Positions 35,197 to 43,323 of a DNA stretch of 64,000 nt are shown here, one piece after another; positions within the stretch are counted from its first letter, which is position 1, and each line of letters starts with the position of its first letter. Source of the DNA: an uncultured Gammaproteobacteria bacterium (GTDB lineage: Bacteria > Patescibacteriota > Patescibacteriia > SBBC01 > CAIJZX01); contig CAYLHT010000001.1 of NCBI GenBank assembly GCA_964383765.1, positions 100,998-164,997 on the forward strand. Reading direction: 5' to 3'. The notes below the pieces were generated by a model. That model saw only the letters and a program-made list of their open reading frames with translations, did no database searches and was not told where the DNA came from. A program made the translations under genes and the position numbers.

Positions 35197-36169
35197 TCTC
35201 AACCGCTGGTTTTCCCCGCTGCGGGCTGCGAAGCTCACGTCTGATGAACGTCAAAAGCACTGGGCGGTACTTCGTGCGGCCATGCACACCACGCCGCTTG
35301 ACCGTTGGCCAAGTTCACCAATTTGGTTGCGGTGGTCACTCTGGCGAGTTGCGGCCGTGACTGCCGCCGTAGCGATGGTGTTTGATGTTGGCGCTGGCTT
35401 TGCGATTGCGGCTAGTCGGAGTTTACCCGGCGATCGACTGTATGGGGTTAAAGTCAACGTCCTGGAACCGGTCGAATCAACCCTAGCCGTGACTCCGGCC
35501 GCCCAAGCTCGTGTAGCGTTGCATCAAGTTCAACGTCGCTTAGATGAGGCCGAACAATTGCAGCGGCAAGATAAGTTAACCGAGCAACACGATCATGACT
35601 TATCGGTTCACATCACCCAACGCAGCCAAGCCCTGGAGCGGGCCGCGGCTGAGTTAGAGGTGAAAGACAAGACCGACGTGGCCGATGACGTGACGCAACA
35701 GCTCCAGGTGACCCTCGAGAAACATGCCAAGGATTTGAAGGGTGATGAGCATCCTTCGGTCAACCCACCGGTGACCGTCAATGATTTGTCTAACGCCATT
35801 CAACATCAACAACAAGCTTCGGTGGATGGCAAGTGCCAAGCCGCGAAGAATAAACTCAGCGAGGTCCAACGGTTGCTTGATCGCCAATCGAGCGATCTCA
35901 AAGTTGAGACCGTGGCAAACCTGACTGCCCAAATCACAACACTGACGTCGAACATTGCTGATATTACGCAAACGATCCAGTCCCAAGGTTTGGCCGCCAC
36001 CTTCCGGCAGTGCCAGCAAACCCTGCGTTCCCTCCAAATGATTCAGAAAACGATTCAGCATAGCAAACAGCCGGCGACCACGGTCAATCAGAGCATCGAC
36101 AGCCACGCCAATGAAAATGCTTCGGTCAGTCTTAATCTGAACGTCGAAACCAAGCGGCAGAACGACTGA
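35189..36169 (+). CDS. Putative anti-sigma factor / DUF5667-like membrane protein
   Basis: The ATG overlaps the sigma gene stop (ATGAATAA). One TM helix, the DRLYGVKVNVLEPVES motif, and a long helical Gln-rich C-terminus. Confidence 0.55.
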   Translation: MNNLNRWFSPLRAAKLTSDERQKHWAVLRAAMHTTPLDRWPSSPIWLRWSLWRVAAVTAAVAMVFDVGAGFAIAASRSLPGDRLYGVKVNVLEPVESTLAVTPAAQARVALHQVQRRLDEAEQLQRQDKLTEQHDHDLSVHITQRSQALERAAAELEVKDKTDVADDVTQQLQVTLEKHAKDLKGDEHPSVNPPVTVNDLSNAIQHQQQASVDGKCQAAKNKLSEVQRLLDRQSSDLKVETVANLTAQITTLTSNIADITQTIQSQGLAATFRQCQQTLRSLQMIQKTIQHSKQPATTVNQSIDSHANENASVSLNLNVETKRQND

Positions 36170-36188
36170 GGTGTGCTAGACTTCGGGA

Positions 36189-36521
36189 ATGCCCCGGGGT
36201 CAAAATCTATATTTCAAAATCTACACCCAGGTTCGCCGAATTCCCAAGGGTAAAGTCGCGACCTATGGCCAGATCGCCGCGCTCTGCGGTTCACCGCGGG
36301 CCGCGCAAGTCGTGGGTTGGGCTTTGCGTGCTCTCAAACCCAATTCGAAAATCCCATGGCAGCGCGTGATTAACCAGGCGGGCATGATTTCGATTGAGAA
36401 CATGGATGCGCCGAAGGAGCTGCAAGTGAAATTACTACAACAAGAAGGCGTCGATGTAACCCGGCGCGAAGGAAATTTTTGGGTTGACTTGAAAAAATTC
36501 GGCTGGCAACCTACAGTGTAA
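36189..36521 (+). CDS. MGMT-family DNA-binding protein, alkyltransferase-like (active-site Cys replaced)
   Basis: 110 aa. IPKGKVATYGQIAALCGSPRAAQVVGWAL, with IPWQRVI in place of the PCHRV active site. Confidence 0.75.
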   Translation: MPRGQNLYFKIYTQVRRIPKGKVATYGQIAALCGSPRAAQVVGWALRALKPNSKIPWQRVINQAGMISIENMDAPKELQVKLLQQEGVDVTRREGNFWVDLKKFGWQPTV

Positions 36522-36525
36522 TTCC

Positions 36526-36596
36526 GCGGGTATCGTATATCGGTATTACCTCAGCTTTCCAAGCTGATGAGAGGAGTTCGACTCTCCTTACCCGCT
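36526..36596 (+). tRNA. tRNA-Gly (anticodon TCC)
   Basis: GCGGGTA-TC-GTAT...ATTAC-C-TCAGC-TTTCCAA-GCTGA-TGAG-AGGAG-TTCGACT-CTCCT-TACCCGC-T. The D arm is weak and AT-rich. Confidence 0.82.
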
Positions 36597-36715
36597 CCGC
36601 GCGTCATCGCGCCCATCGGCCTACGCAAACTCGTGTTGCGAATTTGCTCCGCCCTCCGAGCGCGTGCTGCTCTTCCCCGCCAAGCAAATCCTTGGCGGGG
36701 ACCCCAAGAAAAACT

Positions 36716-37441
36716 ATGGCTGAATACCTTTTCCCACTTAAGGATCGAAAGGACGTCTGCGAAGGAACGATGGCGTTTTGGTTTGACACCTCCAGCGCAC
36801 CAGATTTTACCTTTGAACCGGGTCAGAATGCTGATTACACATTGGTTGACCCACCGGAAACCGATCAAGAAGGCAATATGCGTACGTTTTCGTTCGCTGC
36901 CTCGCCGAGCCACAAAGGAACGATCATGATCACCACCCGGATGCGTGATACAGCTTTTAAGCGGTCGCTGAAAACTATGCCACTCGGTACGAAGGTCAAA
37001 GTTGTGGCGCCGCTCGGAAACATGATTCTGCACAGCGACACAAATATCCCGGCGGTGATGTTGGCCGGGGGAATTGGCATTACCCCGTTTCGGAGTATGA
37101 TCGAATGGGCGGCCGAAACCAAAGATCAAAACCAGATTCACTTGCTCTACTCTAACCGCACGCTGCCGCTAACCGCTTTTCACGAAGATTTATTGGCCTG
37201 GTCAACCTCCAACCAGAATTTTCACTACCACCCAATTCTGTCTGATGAACAACCCCCAAATTGGACTGGTGAATCCGGCCGAATCGATATGTCGATGATC
37301 AAGAAATTTATTCCGGACGTGAATGCGGTGATATTCTATTTGGCTGGACCAGACCCGATGGTCTTAGCGATGCGGAAAATGCTGATTGAAGGCGGAATCG
37401 TTAAAGACCATATCAAACTCGAAGCCTTTACCGGGTATTGA
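36716..37441 (+). CDS. Ferredoxin-NADP reductase-like FAD/NAD(P)-binding oxidoreductase
   Basis: Trimmed to MAEYLFPLKD. RTFSFAS FAD motif and GGIGITPFRSM NAD-binding motif. Confidence 0.8.
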   Translation: MAEYLFPLKDRKDVCEGTMAFWFDTSSAPDFTFEPGQNADYTLVDPPETDQEGNMRTFSFAASPSHKGTIMITTRMRDTAFKRSLKTMPLGTKVKVVAPLGNMILHSDTNIPAVMLAGGIGITPFRSMIEWAAETKDQNQIHLLYSNRTLPLTAFHEDLLAWSTSNQNFHYHPILSDEQPPNWTGESGRIDMSMIKKFIPDVNAVIFYLAGPDPMVLAMRKMLIEGGIVKDHIKLEAFTGY

Positions 37442-37442
37442 G

Positions 37443-37784
37443 ATGGACGAATCCTTACTGCAGAAGCATTGTCGACCGTGCCAGGGCCAAGAGCCAACGT
37501 TGACGTCAGAAGAAATAGCGCGGCTCAAACCGCAAGTCCCAGGTTGGTACGTCACCACGGTCGATGGGCACCCGCTGCTTAGTCGAGCCTTCAGGTTCAA
37601 GGACTTTGTCGGTTCGATTGACTTTGTGAATCAGGTTAAAGCCGTGGCTGAGCAGGAAGGGCATCACCCGGACGTGCATATCCACTGGAACATTGTGCGC
37701 TTGGAGAATTGGACGCATGCGATTGGCGGGTTACACCAAAACGATTTTATTTTGGCTGCGAAAATCAACCAGCTGGTGACATAG
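37443..37784 (+). CDS. Pterin-4-alpha-carbinolamine dehydratase (PCD/DCoH)
   Basis: 113 aa from the ATG at 37443. Contains EGHHPDVHIHWNIVRLENWTH. Confidence 0.88.
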   Translation: MDESLLQKHCRPCQGQEPTLTSEEIARLKPQVPGWYVTTVDGHPLLSRAFRFKDFVGSIDFVNQVKAVAEQEGHHPDVHIHWNIVRLENWTHAIGGLHQNDFILAAKINQLVT

Positions 37785-37877
37785 CACCCACGCGAAAGTA
37801 GAAATCCCAAATTTTTTGGGAGCGGCGAACATGGATGTTTTGAGAAAATTCAATTTTTTTGGTCCCCGGCCTCAGTA

Positions 37878-37906
37878 TTGACTTTCTTGCGAAAATCTGA
37901 TATCCT
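37878..37906 (+). promoter_or_regulatory. Candidate promoter for the orphan gene
   Basis: TTGACT (37878-37883), a 17-nt spacer, then TATCCT (37901-37906). RBS AAAGGAG lies before the ATG at 37982. Confidence 0.35.
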
Positions 37907-37981
37907 TTTCCGTTTGGCAGAGTAAAGCTCAACGGTAGCACATTCCACAACCCGAAGACTCGAAAGGAGTCTAGACTGGTC

Positions 37982-38875
37982 ATGATCGACCAACTGATGA
38001 GAGTCGGTGATGGAGTCGAGATCACGATCCCGCAGGAGAGTCGGGAATGGGGTTACAATCCCTGCCCCGATGGCACTCAGGCGACGATCCTTGGCTTTTC
38101 CGAGATCCACTACGGTCGGCTCGGCAACTTCGGCTTTAAGCCGGGAGTCTACGTCAACCGCGCGTGGGTTACGGTCCGGCTTCCGAACGGCCAGGAGTAC
38201 TCGGAGTTCAGCGATCGTCTCGAGCTGACCGACAAGGACGAACACGCGCGTCGTCTCGCGGCCTTTCGCAAGCTCCAGCAGGAGCAGCCGGACAACTGGT
38301 ACAGCAAGGAATTCCTTCGGGATCTCCCCGAGACGCCTTTTTGGGAGGGCGACTTCGTTCGCGTCCGTGGCCATGCCGGAGTCATGAGCGTGTACAGCGA
38401 GATGCCGCCCGATCGCGACCCCGAGGTCTTCCAGATCATCGGGATCGACTACCACTACCTCACCGAACGGACGCAGATCGGGACTATGTACCCCGCGTAC
38501 AAGATCTCGAGCAAGCTCGGCGCAGGGTGGCACACGTCGGCGAGTGAGGTCGACATGGTGCTCGTCGAGCGCGGCCCCGTCTGGAAGTTCTACCATGACG
38601 AGCGGCTCGAGTTCGGCGACCTTAAGGAGGAAGCACAGTTCTTCGAATCACTCGGTCACACGGAGGAAGTTCGCAATCCCGCGAACAACCTCTACAGTTG
38701 GACAAAGGACGAAGTGCTCGAGGCTATCAAGAGCGGCCTCGTCCATGGTTTCTCGGTGTCGAGCGGCTTCTTCGGTGGCGAACCCTCGATCAGCGCCAGG
38801 CGCTTCAAGAATGAAGATCTTGGCCGGCGCGTCGCGCGGGCCACGCTGGAGGGGTTCGGACTGACTCCGGCCTGA
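37982..38875 (+). CDS. Hypothetical protein (297 aa), GC-rich orphan
   Basis: Good RBS, its own promoter-like sequence and its own terminator. GC looks higher than the flanks by eye, with long mirror ORFs in other frames. No motif recognised. Confidence 0.6.
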   Translation: MIDQLMRVGDGVEITIPQESREWGYNPCPDGTQATILGFSEIHYGRLGNFGFKPGVYVNRAWVTVRLPNGQEYSEFSDRLELTDKDEHARRLAAFRKLQQEQPDNWYSKEFLRDLPETPFWEGDFVRVRGHAGVMSVYSEMPPDRDPEVFQIIGIDYHYLTERTQIGTMYPAYKISSKLGAGWHTSASEVDMVLVERGPVWKFYHDERLEFGDLKEEAQFFESLGHTEEVRNPANNLYSWTKDEVLEAIKSGLVHGFSVSSGFFGGEPSISARRFKNEDLGRRVARATLEGFGLTPA

Positions 38876-38902
38876 GGCGCAATTCTTGGGTGTTGATGGT
38901 TT

Positions 38903-38936
38903 AGGCGCACGACCTTCGGGTACGGCGCCTTTTTCT
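38903..38936 (+). terminator. Rho-independent terminator
   Basis: AGGCGC ... GCGCCT stem with an inner ACC-TTCG-GGT, followed by TTTTTCT. Confidence 0.6.
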
Positions 38937-39099
38937 ATGTGTTTGCTCGAATGTGAACGACTAGAATCTTCGTGCATTTGTTACGCTATTGCTAAAAAAG
39001 CTGACAACACAGCAATCAAAATAGGGAAGACATAAGCGTTCGCGCCCAGCCCGGGGCGGTGCTATACTATCTACAGTAATTTTTAATACACGCAAGCAT

Positions 39100-39534
39100 A
39101 TGACAACCGCAGAAAAACGGGCGCGACTGGATCAAAACCAGACTGCCAAAATTATTTGGGTGGTGTTGATTGTTTTGCAAGCGATCGGCGCGTTACTCGT
39201 CGTGATCGCGCTTTTGGCGCTGACCGTGCTCGCCGGAGTGCTGGGCGGGGCGCATGGCGGGATCTTGGCCGGCATTGCAGTGACGGTTGCCATCTTAGGG
39301 CTTGGCCTGACGGCGCTGATCTTTATTGGGTTACTGCGCTTAGAAAAATGGGTGGTCTGGTTGATGTGGGTCAACGTCGCGTTATCGTTGCCAGCCATCT
39401 TCAGTAGCAGTCGAAGCTTTTTCCAAAGCTTGTTACCAATTTTGGTTGCTGTTGGCTATACGTACGTTCTGCGCCAGGTCTACCCGAAAACTCCGGCTGC
39501 CCCGATGCCGACACCAACGACGCCAACTGTGTAA
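39100..39534 (+). CDS. Polytopic membrane protein (144 aa)
   Basis: Four hydrophobic helices and a Pro/Thr-rich C-terminus. Confidence 0.55.
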   Translation: MTTAEKRARLDQNQTAKIIWVVLIVLQAIGALLVVIALLALTVLAGVLGGAHGGILAGIAVTVAILGLGLTALIFIGLLRLEKWVVWLMWVNVALSLPAIFSSSRSFFQSLLPILVAVGYTYVLRQVYPKTPAAPMPTPTTPTV

Positions 39535-39588
39535 GCTGAAATCCGGACAAAAAACACCGCCGGAGCAAATCGGTGGTGTTTTTTACTT

Positions 39589-40125
39589 TTAGATATGGCC
39601 GTCCATTTTGACGTCGCCTTCTTTGGGACGCCGAATTTCAATATCGTGAGTAAAAATTTCAGCTAAGCGATTATTCCAGTCTGCGTTTTGCTCATATTCA
39701 TCTACAACCAGGCCAGCCTTACGAAGGTAATCGACACAGTCAGCATTTCGATAGACCTTACCGTAAACGACTCGCACAATCCCAGCGGCCACAATATATT
39801 TTGCGCAGTGAATGCAAAACGTGTATTTGGTGTACATCGTCGCACCTTCAGTTGAAGCGCCAGGCATAGTGGCGGCTTGTAGAATCGCATTGTGTTCGCC
39901 ATGAATTGTGCGGACGCAGTGCCCTTCTTCCATTAAGTGTCCAACTTCATCGCAATGTGGTAATCCGGGCGGCGATCCGTTGTACCCAGTGGAGATAATC
40001 CGCTTGTTTTTGACCAGCACCGCTCCAGCTTCAAGCCGGTCACACGTACTGCGCGTGGCCACAATTCGGGCGATGGCCATGAAATAATCGTCCCAAGATG
40101 GTCGGGTGTGGCGGGTCTCAGGCAT
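39589..40125 (-). CDS. dCMP/CMP deaminase family zinc enzyme (ComEB-like)
   Basis: 178 aa. HGEHNAI (the HxE motif) and CIHCAKYIV (a CxxC metal motif where the family has PCxxC). Confidence 0.85.
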   Translation of the reverse strand: MPETRHTRPSWDDYFMAIARIVATRSTCDRLEAGAVLVKNKRIISTGYNGSPPGLPHCDEVGHLMEEGHCVRTIHGEHNAILQAATMPGASTEGATMYTKYTFCIHCAKYIVAAGIVRVVYGKVYRNADCVDYLRKAGLVVDEYEQNADWNNRLAEIFTHDIEIRRPKEGDVKMDGHI

Positions 40126-40210
40126 AGGTAGGTTGTTTCAAATGTGGAAATTCGTTATACTCAGCGCTCGCAGCATAGCATGCCAGAATTCGATTCTCAA
40201 TCCTGTCTTC

Positions 40211-40879
40211 ATGTCTGTCACTGATATTTTGCTTCACCCAGCTTCCAGCCTCGGTTCGCTCGGTCAGCTGACCGCCTACATTGTCGTCACGGCAATCATT
40301 TTCGCCGAGTGCGGATTGCTCATCGGCTTTTTCTTACCCGGTGATAGTTTGCTGTTTGCGGCCGGAGTCTTAGCCGCCGAAGGAACGTTCAGTCTGGGCC
40401 TGATTATGATCCTACTGCTGGTGGCCGCGATCGCCGGTGTCAGCGTCGGTTACGCGTTTGGTCGGCGCTGGGGTCGAAAACTCTTCAACCGACCGGACTC
40501 ACGGTTTTTCAAGCATGAAAATTTGCAGCGGGCCGAAGAGTTTTATCACCGCCACGGCGGGAAAACCATCATCCTGGCTCGGTTCATTCCAATCATCCGG
40601 ACCTTTGCACCGATCGTGGCTGGAATTGGACAGATGTCGTACTCGAAATTGGTGCTTTATAATGTGATCGGCGGAGTCATCTGGGTCGGCGGGTTGGTTG
40701 GCGGCGGATATTGGCTGGGGCACCGCATTAAAAACATCGATCATTACCTCTTGCCCTTGATCGCGGTGATTATTGTGTTGTCAATCCTACCAGGCATCAT
40801 TCACATGCTGCGCGCGCCGGAACGTCGGCGTTCGGTGTGGAGTGTGATGATAGGAATGTTCCGCCGCCGCGTCGACTAA
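40211..40879 (+). CDS. DedA family membrane protein
   Basis: Trimmed to MSVTDILL. Contains FAECGLLIGFFLPGDSLLFAAG and ARFIPIIRTFAPIVAG. Confidence 0.88.
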   Translation: MSVTDILLHPASSLGSLGQLTAYIVVTAIIFAECGLLIGFFLPGDSLLFAAGVLAAEGTFSLGLIMILLLVAAIAGVSVGYAFGRRWGRKLFNRPDSRFFKHENLQRAEEFYHRHGGKTIILARFIPIIRTFAPIVAGIGQMSYSKLVLYNVIGGVIWVGGLVGGGYWLGHRIKNIDHYLLPLIAVIIVLSILPGIIHMLRAPERRRSVWSVMIGMFRRRVD

Positions 40880-40888
40880 CTGGCATTG

Positions 40889-40930
40889 ACCCAGTCCCAG
40901 TTTTTGTTATAACAAAAACTGGGACTGGGT
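40889..40930. repeat. 42-bp perfect palindrome flanked by TTGAC on both sides
   Basis: ACCCAGTCCCAGTTTTTGTTA | TAACAAAAACTGGGACTGGGT. Confidence 0.9.
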
Positions 40931-41018
40931 TGACACAACTCTCAATCCATGTTAAGTCTGGGCCGGAAGTTACGTTTCTCGCTCTTCACATCCTGGCCTC
41001 GACCTGGAGGATTGACGA

Positions 41019-41621
41019 ATGCGTCGACTGATGATGGCGGTCCTGCTCGTGGTCGGGGGTTGCGCACCCCATTCGGTGGCCTGGCCGCCGCAGTCTATTC
41101 AGCTAGTAACCCCAACTGACACAAGCCAAGTAGTCTGGGACGTGAGTATCGACTCGACTCGGACTGAGGCTGAGTCACCGGAATCGATGGATTCAGATCA
41201 GCCCCAAACGGGAGTCTGGACCACGCCGGCGCCGAGTACACTGGAGTTACGGATGATGTCGCCGAACGACATTCCCTACCGGGTGGTCGAACGGCGTTGG
41301 GTCTGGTTGACCGTTTACAATTCCGATCCGAAGCAGACGGATGACACGCCCTGGACCGGAGCGTCGGGTCGACTGATGATTCCAAACGACGCGGCGAGTA
41401 ATGGTTTGCCGATCGGTACCCGTTTCCGAATCCCGGCCATCTTCGGCCAGCAACCCATCACCGTCGAAGACCGGATGAAGCAGGACAAGGGCCCGAACGC
41501 GCTCGACTACTGGACATACCATATCCGCGACGCCTATGAGTTGAGTCGCAAGTATGATCTGAAGCATAAGCCAGTCTTGATCGAGATTCTGGGCGCACCG
41601 AGTACAACCGCTCCACGCTAG
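41019..41621 (+). CDS. 3D-domain (DPBB fold, cell-wall associated) protein
   Basis: 200 aa. Signal-like N-terminus, then DDTPWTGASG ... NGLPIGTRFRIP ... VEDRM. Confidence 0.6.
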   Translation: MRRLMMAVLLVVGGCAPHSVAWPPQSIQLVTPTDTSQVVWDVSIDSTRTEAESPESMDSDQPQTGVWTTPAPSTLELRMMSPNDIPYRVVERRWVWLTVYNSDPKQTDDTPWTGASGRLMIPNDAASNGLPIGTRFRIPAIFGQQPITVEDRMKQDKGPNALDYWTYHIRDAYELSRKYDLKHKPVLIEILGAPSTTAPR

Positions 41622-41856
41622 TCCCGGCAGCTTGCTGACCGGGATTTTTCTTGGGCTTAAAATGCCAGTAAATAAGGGCCTTTTTCGTCATTTTGAGGCC
41701 ACGGGACTTGACAAAATCCTATAATCTGTTACCCTGTCTCGTTCCCAGCCGCCCTACGTCGTCAGTAGGGTGTTTCGTTTTCGGCTGACCGGCTGGGCGG
41801 TCACCCCGTAGCCCTTCGACAATTCCGCGCTACGTTTCACCATTCACCTTTGGTGC

Positions 41857-42348
41857 ATGATTCGTCGGAAACACCGCGAGCAACTTCGCCATGTCCTCGG
41901 ACTGGCCGCGCTTGCTCTGCTCGTCAATCTGACCCTTCCCAACACCAAACCAGTCAACGCGCAACCAACTCCAGTTGATCAACCGGCCGTGACGTCAGTG
42001 GCCACCCAGGTCTTACCGTCACTACCATCGGTTGGAGATAAGCCGGTCAAAGTCACCAAGACCTTGACGGTCCGGGCAAGTGCCTACACCTCGTCTCGAG
42101 CCGAAACGGACAGTGATCCGTTTACTACGGCCTCGGGCACGAAGGTCCGCGACGGCATTATCGCCGCTAACGGACTACCGTTCGGCACCAAAGTCCGGAT
42201 TCCCCAAATTGACCATGACAAGATTTTCGTGGTCCAGGATCGGATGAACGCCCGCTGGGGTAATCGCAAAATCGATATTTGGATGACTCATCGCGCCGAT
42301 GCCCTCAATTGGGGCGTTCGGACGGTCACTCTGGAAATCGTTTCGTAA
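41857..42348 (+). CDS. 3D-domain protein (paralog)
   Basis: 163 aa. TM/signal sequence, then TDSDPFTTASGTKVRDGIIAANGLPFGTKVRIP ... VQDRMNARWGNRKIDIWM. Confidence 0.65.
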   Translation: MIRRKHREQLRHVLGLAALALLVNLTLPNTKPVNAQPTPVDQPAVTSVATQVLPSLPSVGDKPVKVTKTLTVRASAYTSSRAETDSDPFTTASGTKVRDGIIAANGLPFGTKVRIPQIDHDKIFVVQDRMNARWGNRKIDIWMTHRADALNWGVRTVTLEIVS

Positions 42349-42361
42349 CAAACAAGCATGG

Positions 42362-42391
42362 TCCAGCCCCAGTCACCTGACTGGGGCTGGA
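42362..42391 (+). terminator. Strong terminator-like hairpin
   Basis: 14-bp stem TCCAGCCCCAGTCA-CC-TGACTGGGGCTGGA. The T-tract is weak. Confidence 0.5.
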
Positions 42392-42442
42392 TTCATATTG
42401 AAAAAAAATATCATTCGTGCTACAGTTCCGTCCGCCTTGCGC

Positions 42443-42517
42443 GGCCACGTAGCCAAGTGGTAAGGCACGGGTCTGCAAAACCTGTATTCGGCGGTTCGAT
42501 TCCGCCCGTGGCCTCCA
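42443..42517 (+). tRNA. tRNA-Cys (anticodon GCA), CCA encoded
   Basis: GGCCACG-TA-GCCA-AGTGGTA-AGGC-A-CGGGT-CTGCAAA-ACCTG-TATTC-GGCGG-TTCGATT-CCGCC-CGTGGCC-T-CCA. U73 discriminator and an A13/A22 mismatch as in tRNA-Cys. Confidence 0.88.
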
Positions 42518-42533
42518 GAAGAAAATAACACAT

Positions 42534-42608
42534 GCGGGTGTAGTTCAGTGGTAGAACGCTTCCTTGCCAAGGAAGAGGTCGCCGGTTCGATCCCGGTCGC
42601 CCGCTCCA
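42534..42608 (+). tRNA. tRNA-Gly (anticodon GCC), CCA encoded
   Basis: GCGGGTG-TA-GTTC-AGTGGTA-GAAC-G-CTTCC-TTGCCAA-GGAAG-AGGTC-GCCGG-TTCGATC-CCGGT-CGCCCGC-T-CCA. Confidence 0.92.
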
Positions 42609-42624
42609 ATCAGAATTGAAAATA

Positions 42625-43167
42625 ATGCTGAAACGCGAAAGTAATAAAAAATCATCACGCACAGCCCCATCAGACCAAAGCCGAGTTGCGTTTTTGGGTG
42701 ATGTTTTGGGTGGAGCGAGAACGAACGCCCACCAGATGGACCAGCAAATAAATATCCTGATTGGCGTGAACACGGCAATATTTCTCTATGCTGCTGGGCA
42801 ACTGTTGGTCAGACAAAGTTTAGCATTTCTTATTCTGGCGCTATCTTCCGCTATTTCCATTCTCATTGGATTGCTTGGCGTTCATCCTCCACGGCGATGG
42901 AGAAAGCAGGGACAACAAGAAAGTTTGTTGTATGCTTCAAGAATTTTTAATGCCAAGAACAGTTTACAGTATGCAAAAGAGTTAACCGCAGTCACCAAAC
43001 GTCTTGACTCAATTGAACAACAGTATGCAATTGAAACCTACAACATCAATCGATTTTACTATCGTCCAAAAAAAGAATTGTTCCACTTGGCTCGGCAGAT
43101 ACTTATCATCGGTGTGGTAGCATCAACTTTAGTCGTCATCGCGGAAACGTTTATACATTTAGTGTGA
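42625..43167 (+). CDS. Membrane protein (180 aa, 3 TM) flanked by tRNA genes
   Basis: ATG at 42625. Cytosolic N-terminus, two adjacent TM helices, a helical linker, and a C-terminal TM helix. Confidence 0.55.
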   Translation: MLKRESNKKSSRTAPSDQSRVAFLGDVLGGARTNAHQMDQQINILIGVNTAIFLYAAGQLLVRQSLAFLILALSSAISILIGLLGVHPPRRWRKQGQQESLLYASRIFNAKNSLQYAKELTAVTKRLDSIEQQYAIETYNINRFYYRPKKELFHLARQILIIGVVASTLVVIAETFIHLV

Positions 43168-43220
43168 TCAAAGGATTGCCGGAATCACAACTTTTGTTTA
43201 TACTGCAGCCGTAAAAACTT

Positions 43221-43306
43221 GCCGGAGTGGCGGAATGGTATACGCAAGGGACTTAAAATCCCTCGCCCGCAAGGGATTGAGAGTTCGATTCTCTCCTCCG
43301 GCACCA
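43221..43306 (+). tRNA. tRNA-Leu (anticodon TAA), CCA encoded
   Basis: GCCGGAG-TG-GCGGAATGGTATACGC-A-AGGGA-CTTAAAA-TCCCT, a long variable arm (CCC-GCAA-GGG), then GAGAG-TTCGATT-CTCTC-CTCCGGC-A-CCA. Confidence 0.92.
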
Positions 43307-43323
43307 CAACTAACCCTTGAGAT

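Noticed and set aside
36551-37141. A 196-aa minus-strand ORF.
   Set aside because: It is antisense to the FNR-like oxidoreductase, which has clear cofactor motifs, and it overlaps tRNA-Gly(TCC).
37850-38596. A 248-aa minus-strand ORF and several plus-strand alternative-frame ORFs.
   Set aside because: They are mirror or shadow ORFs of the GC-rich gene 37982..38875. They have no RBS and low-complexity Arg/Asp/Leu-rich products. The plus-frame gene has its own promoter, RBS and terminator.
41640-41856. A c-di-AMP (ydaO-type) riboswitch upstream of the cell-wall gene.
   Set aside because: The conserved ydaO sequence blocks and pseudo-twofold architecture were not identifiable by eye. It is kept only as an unclassified structured leader.
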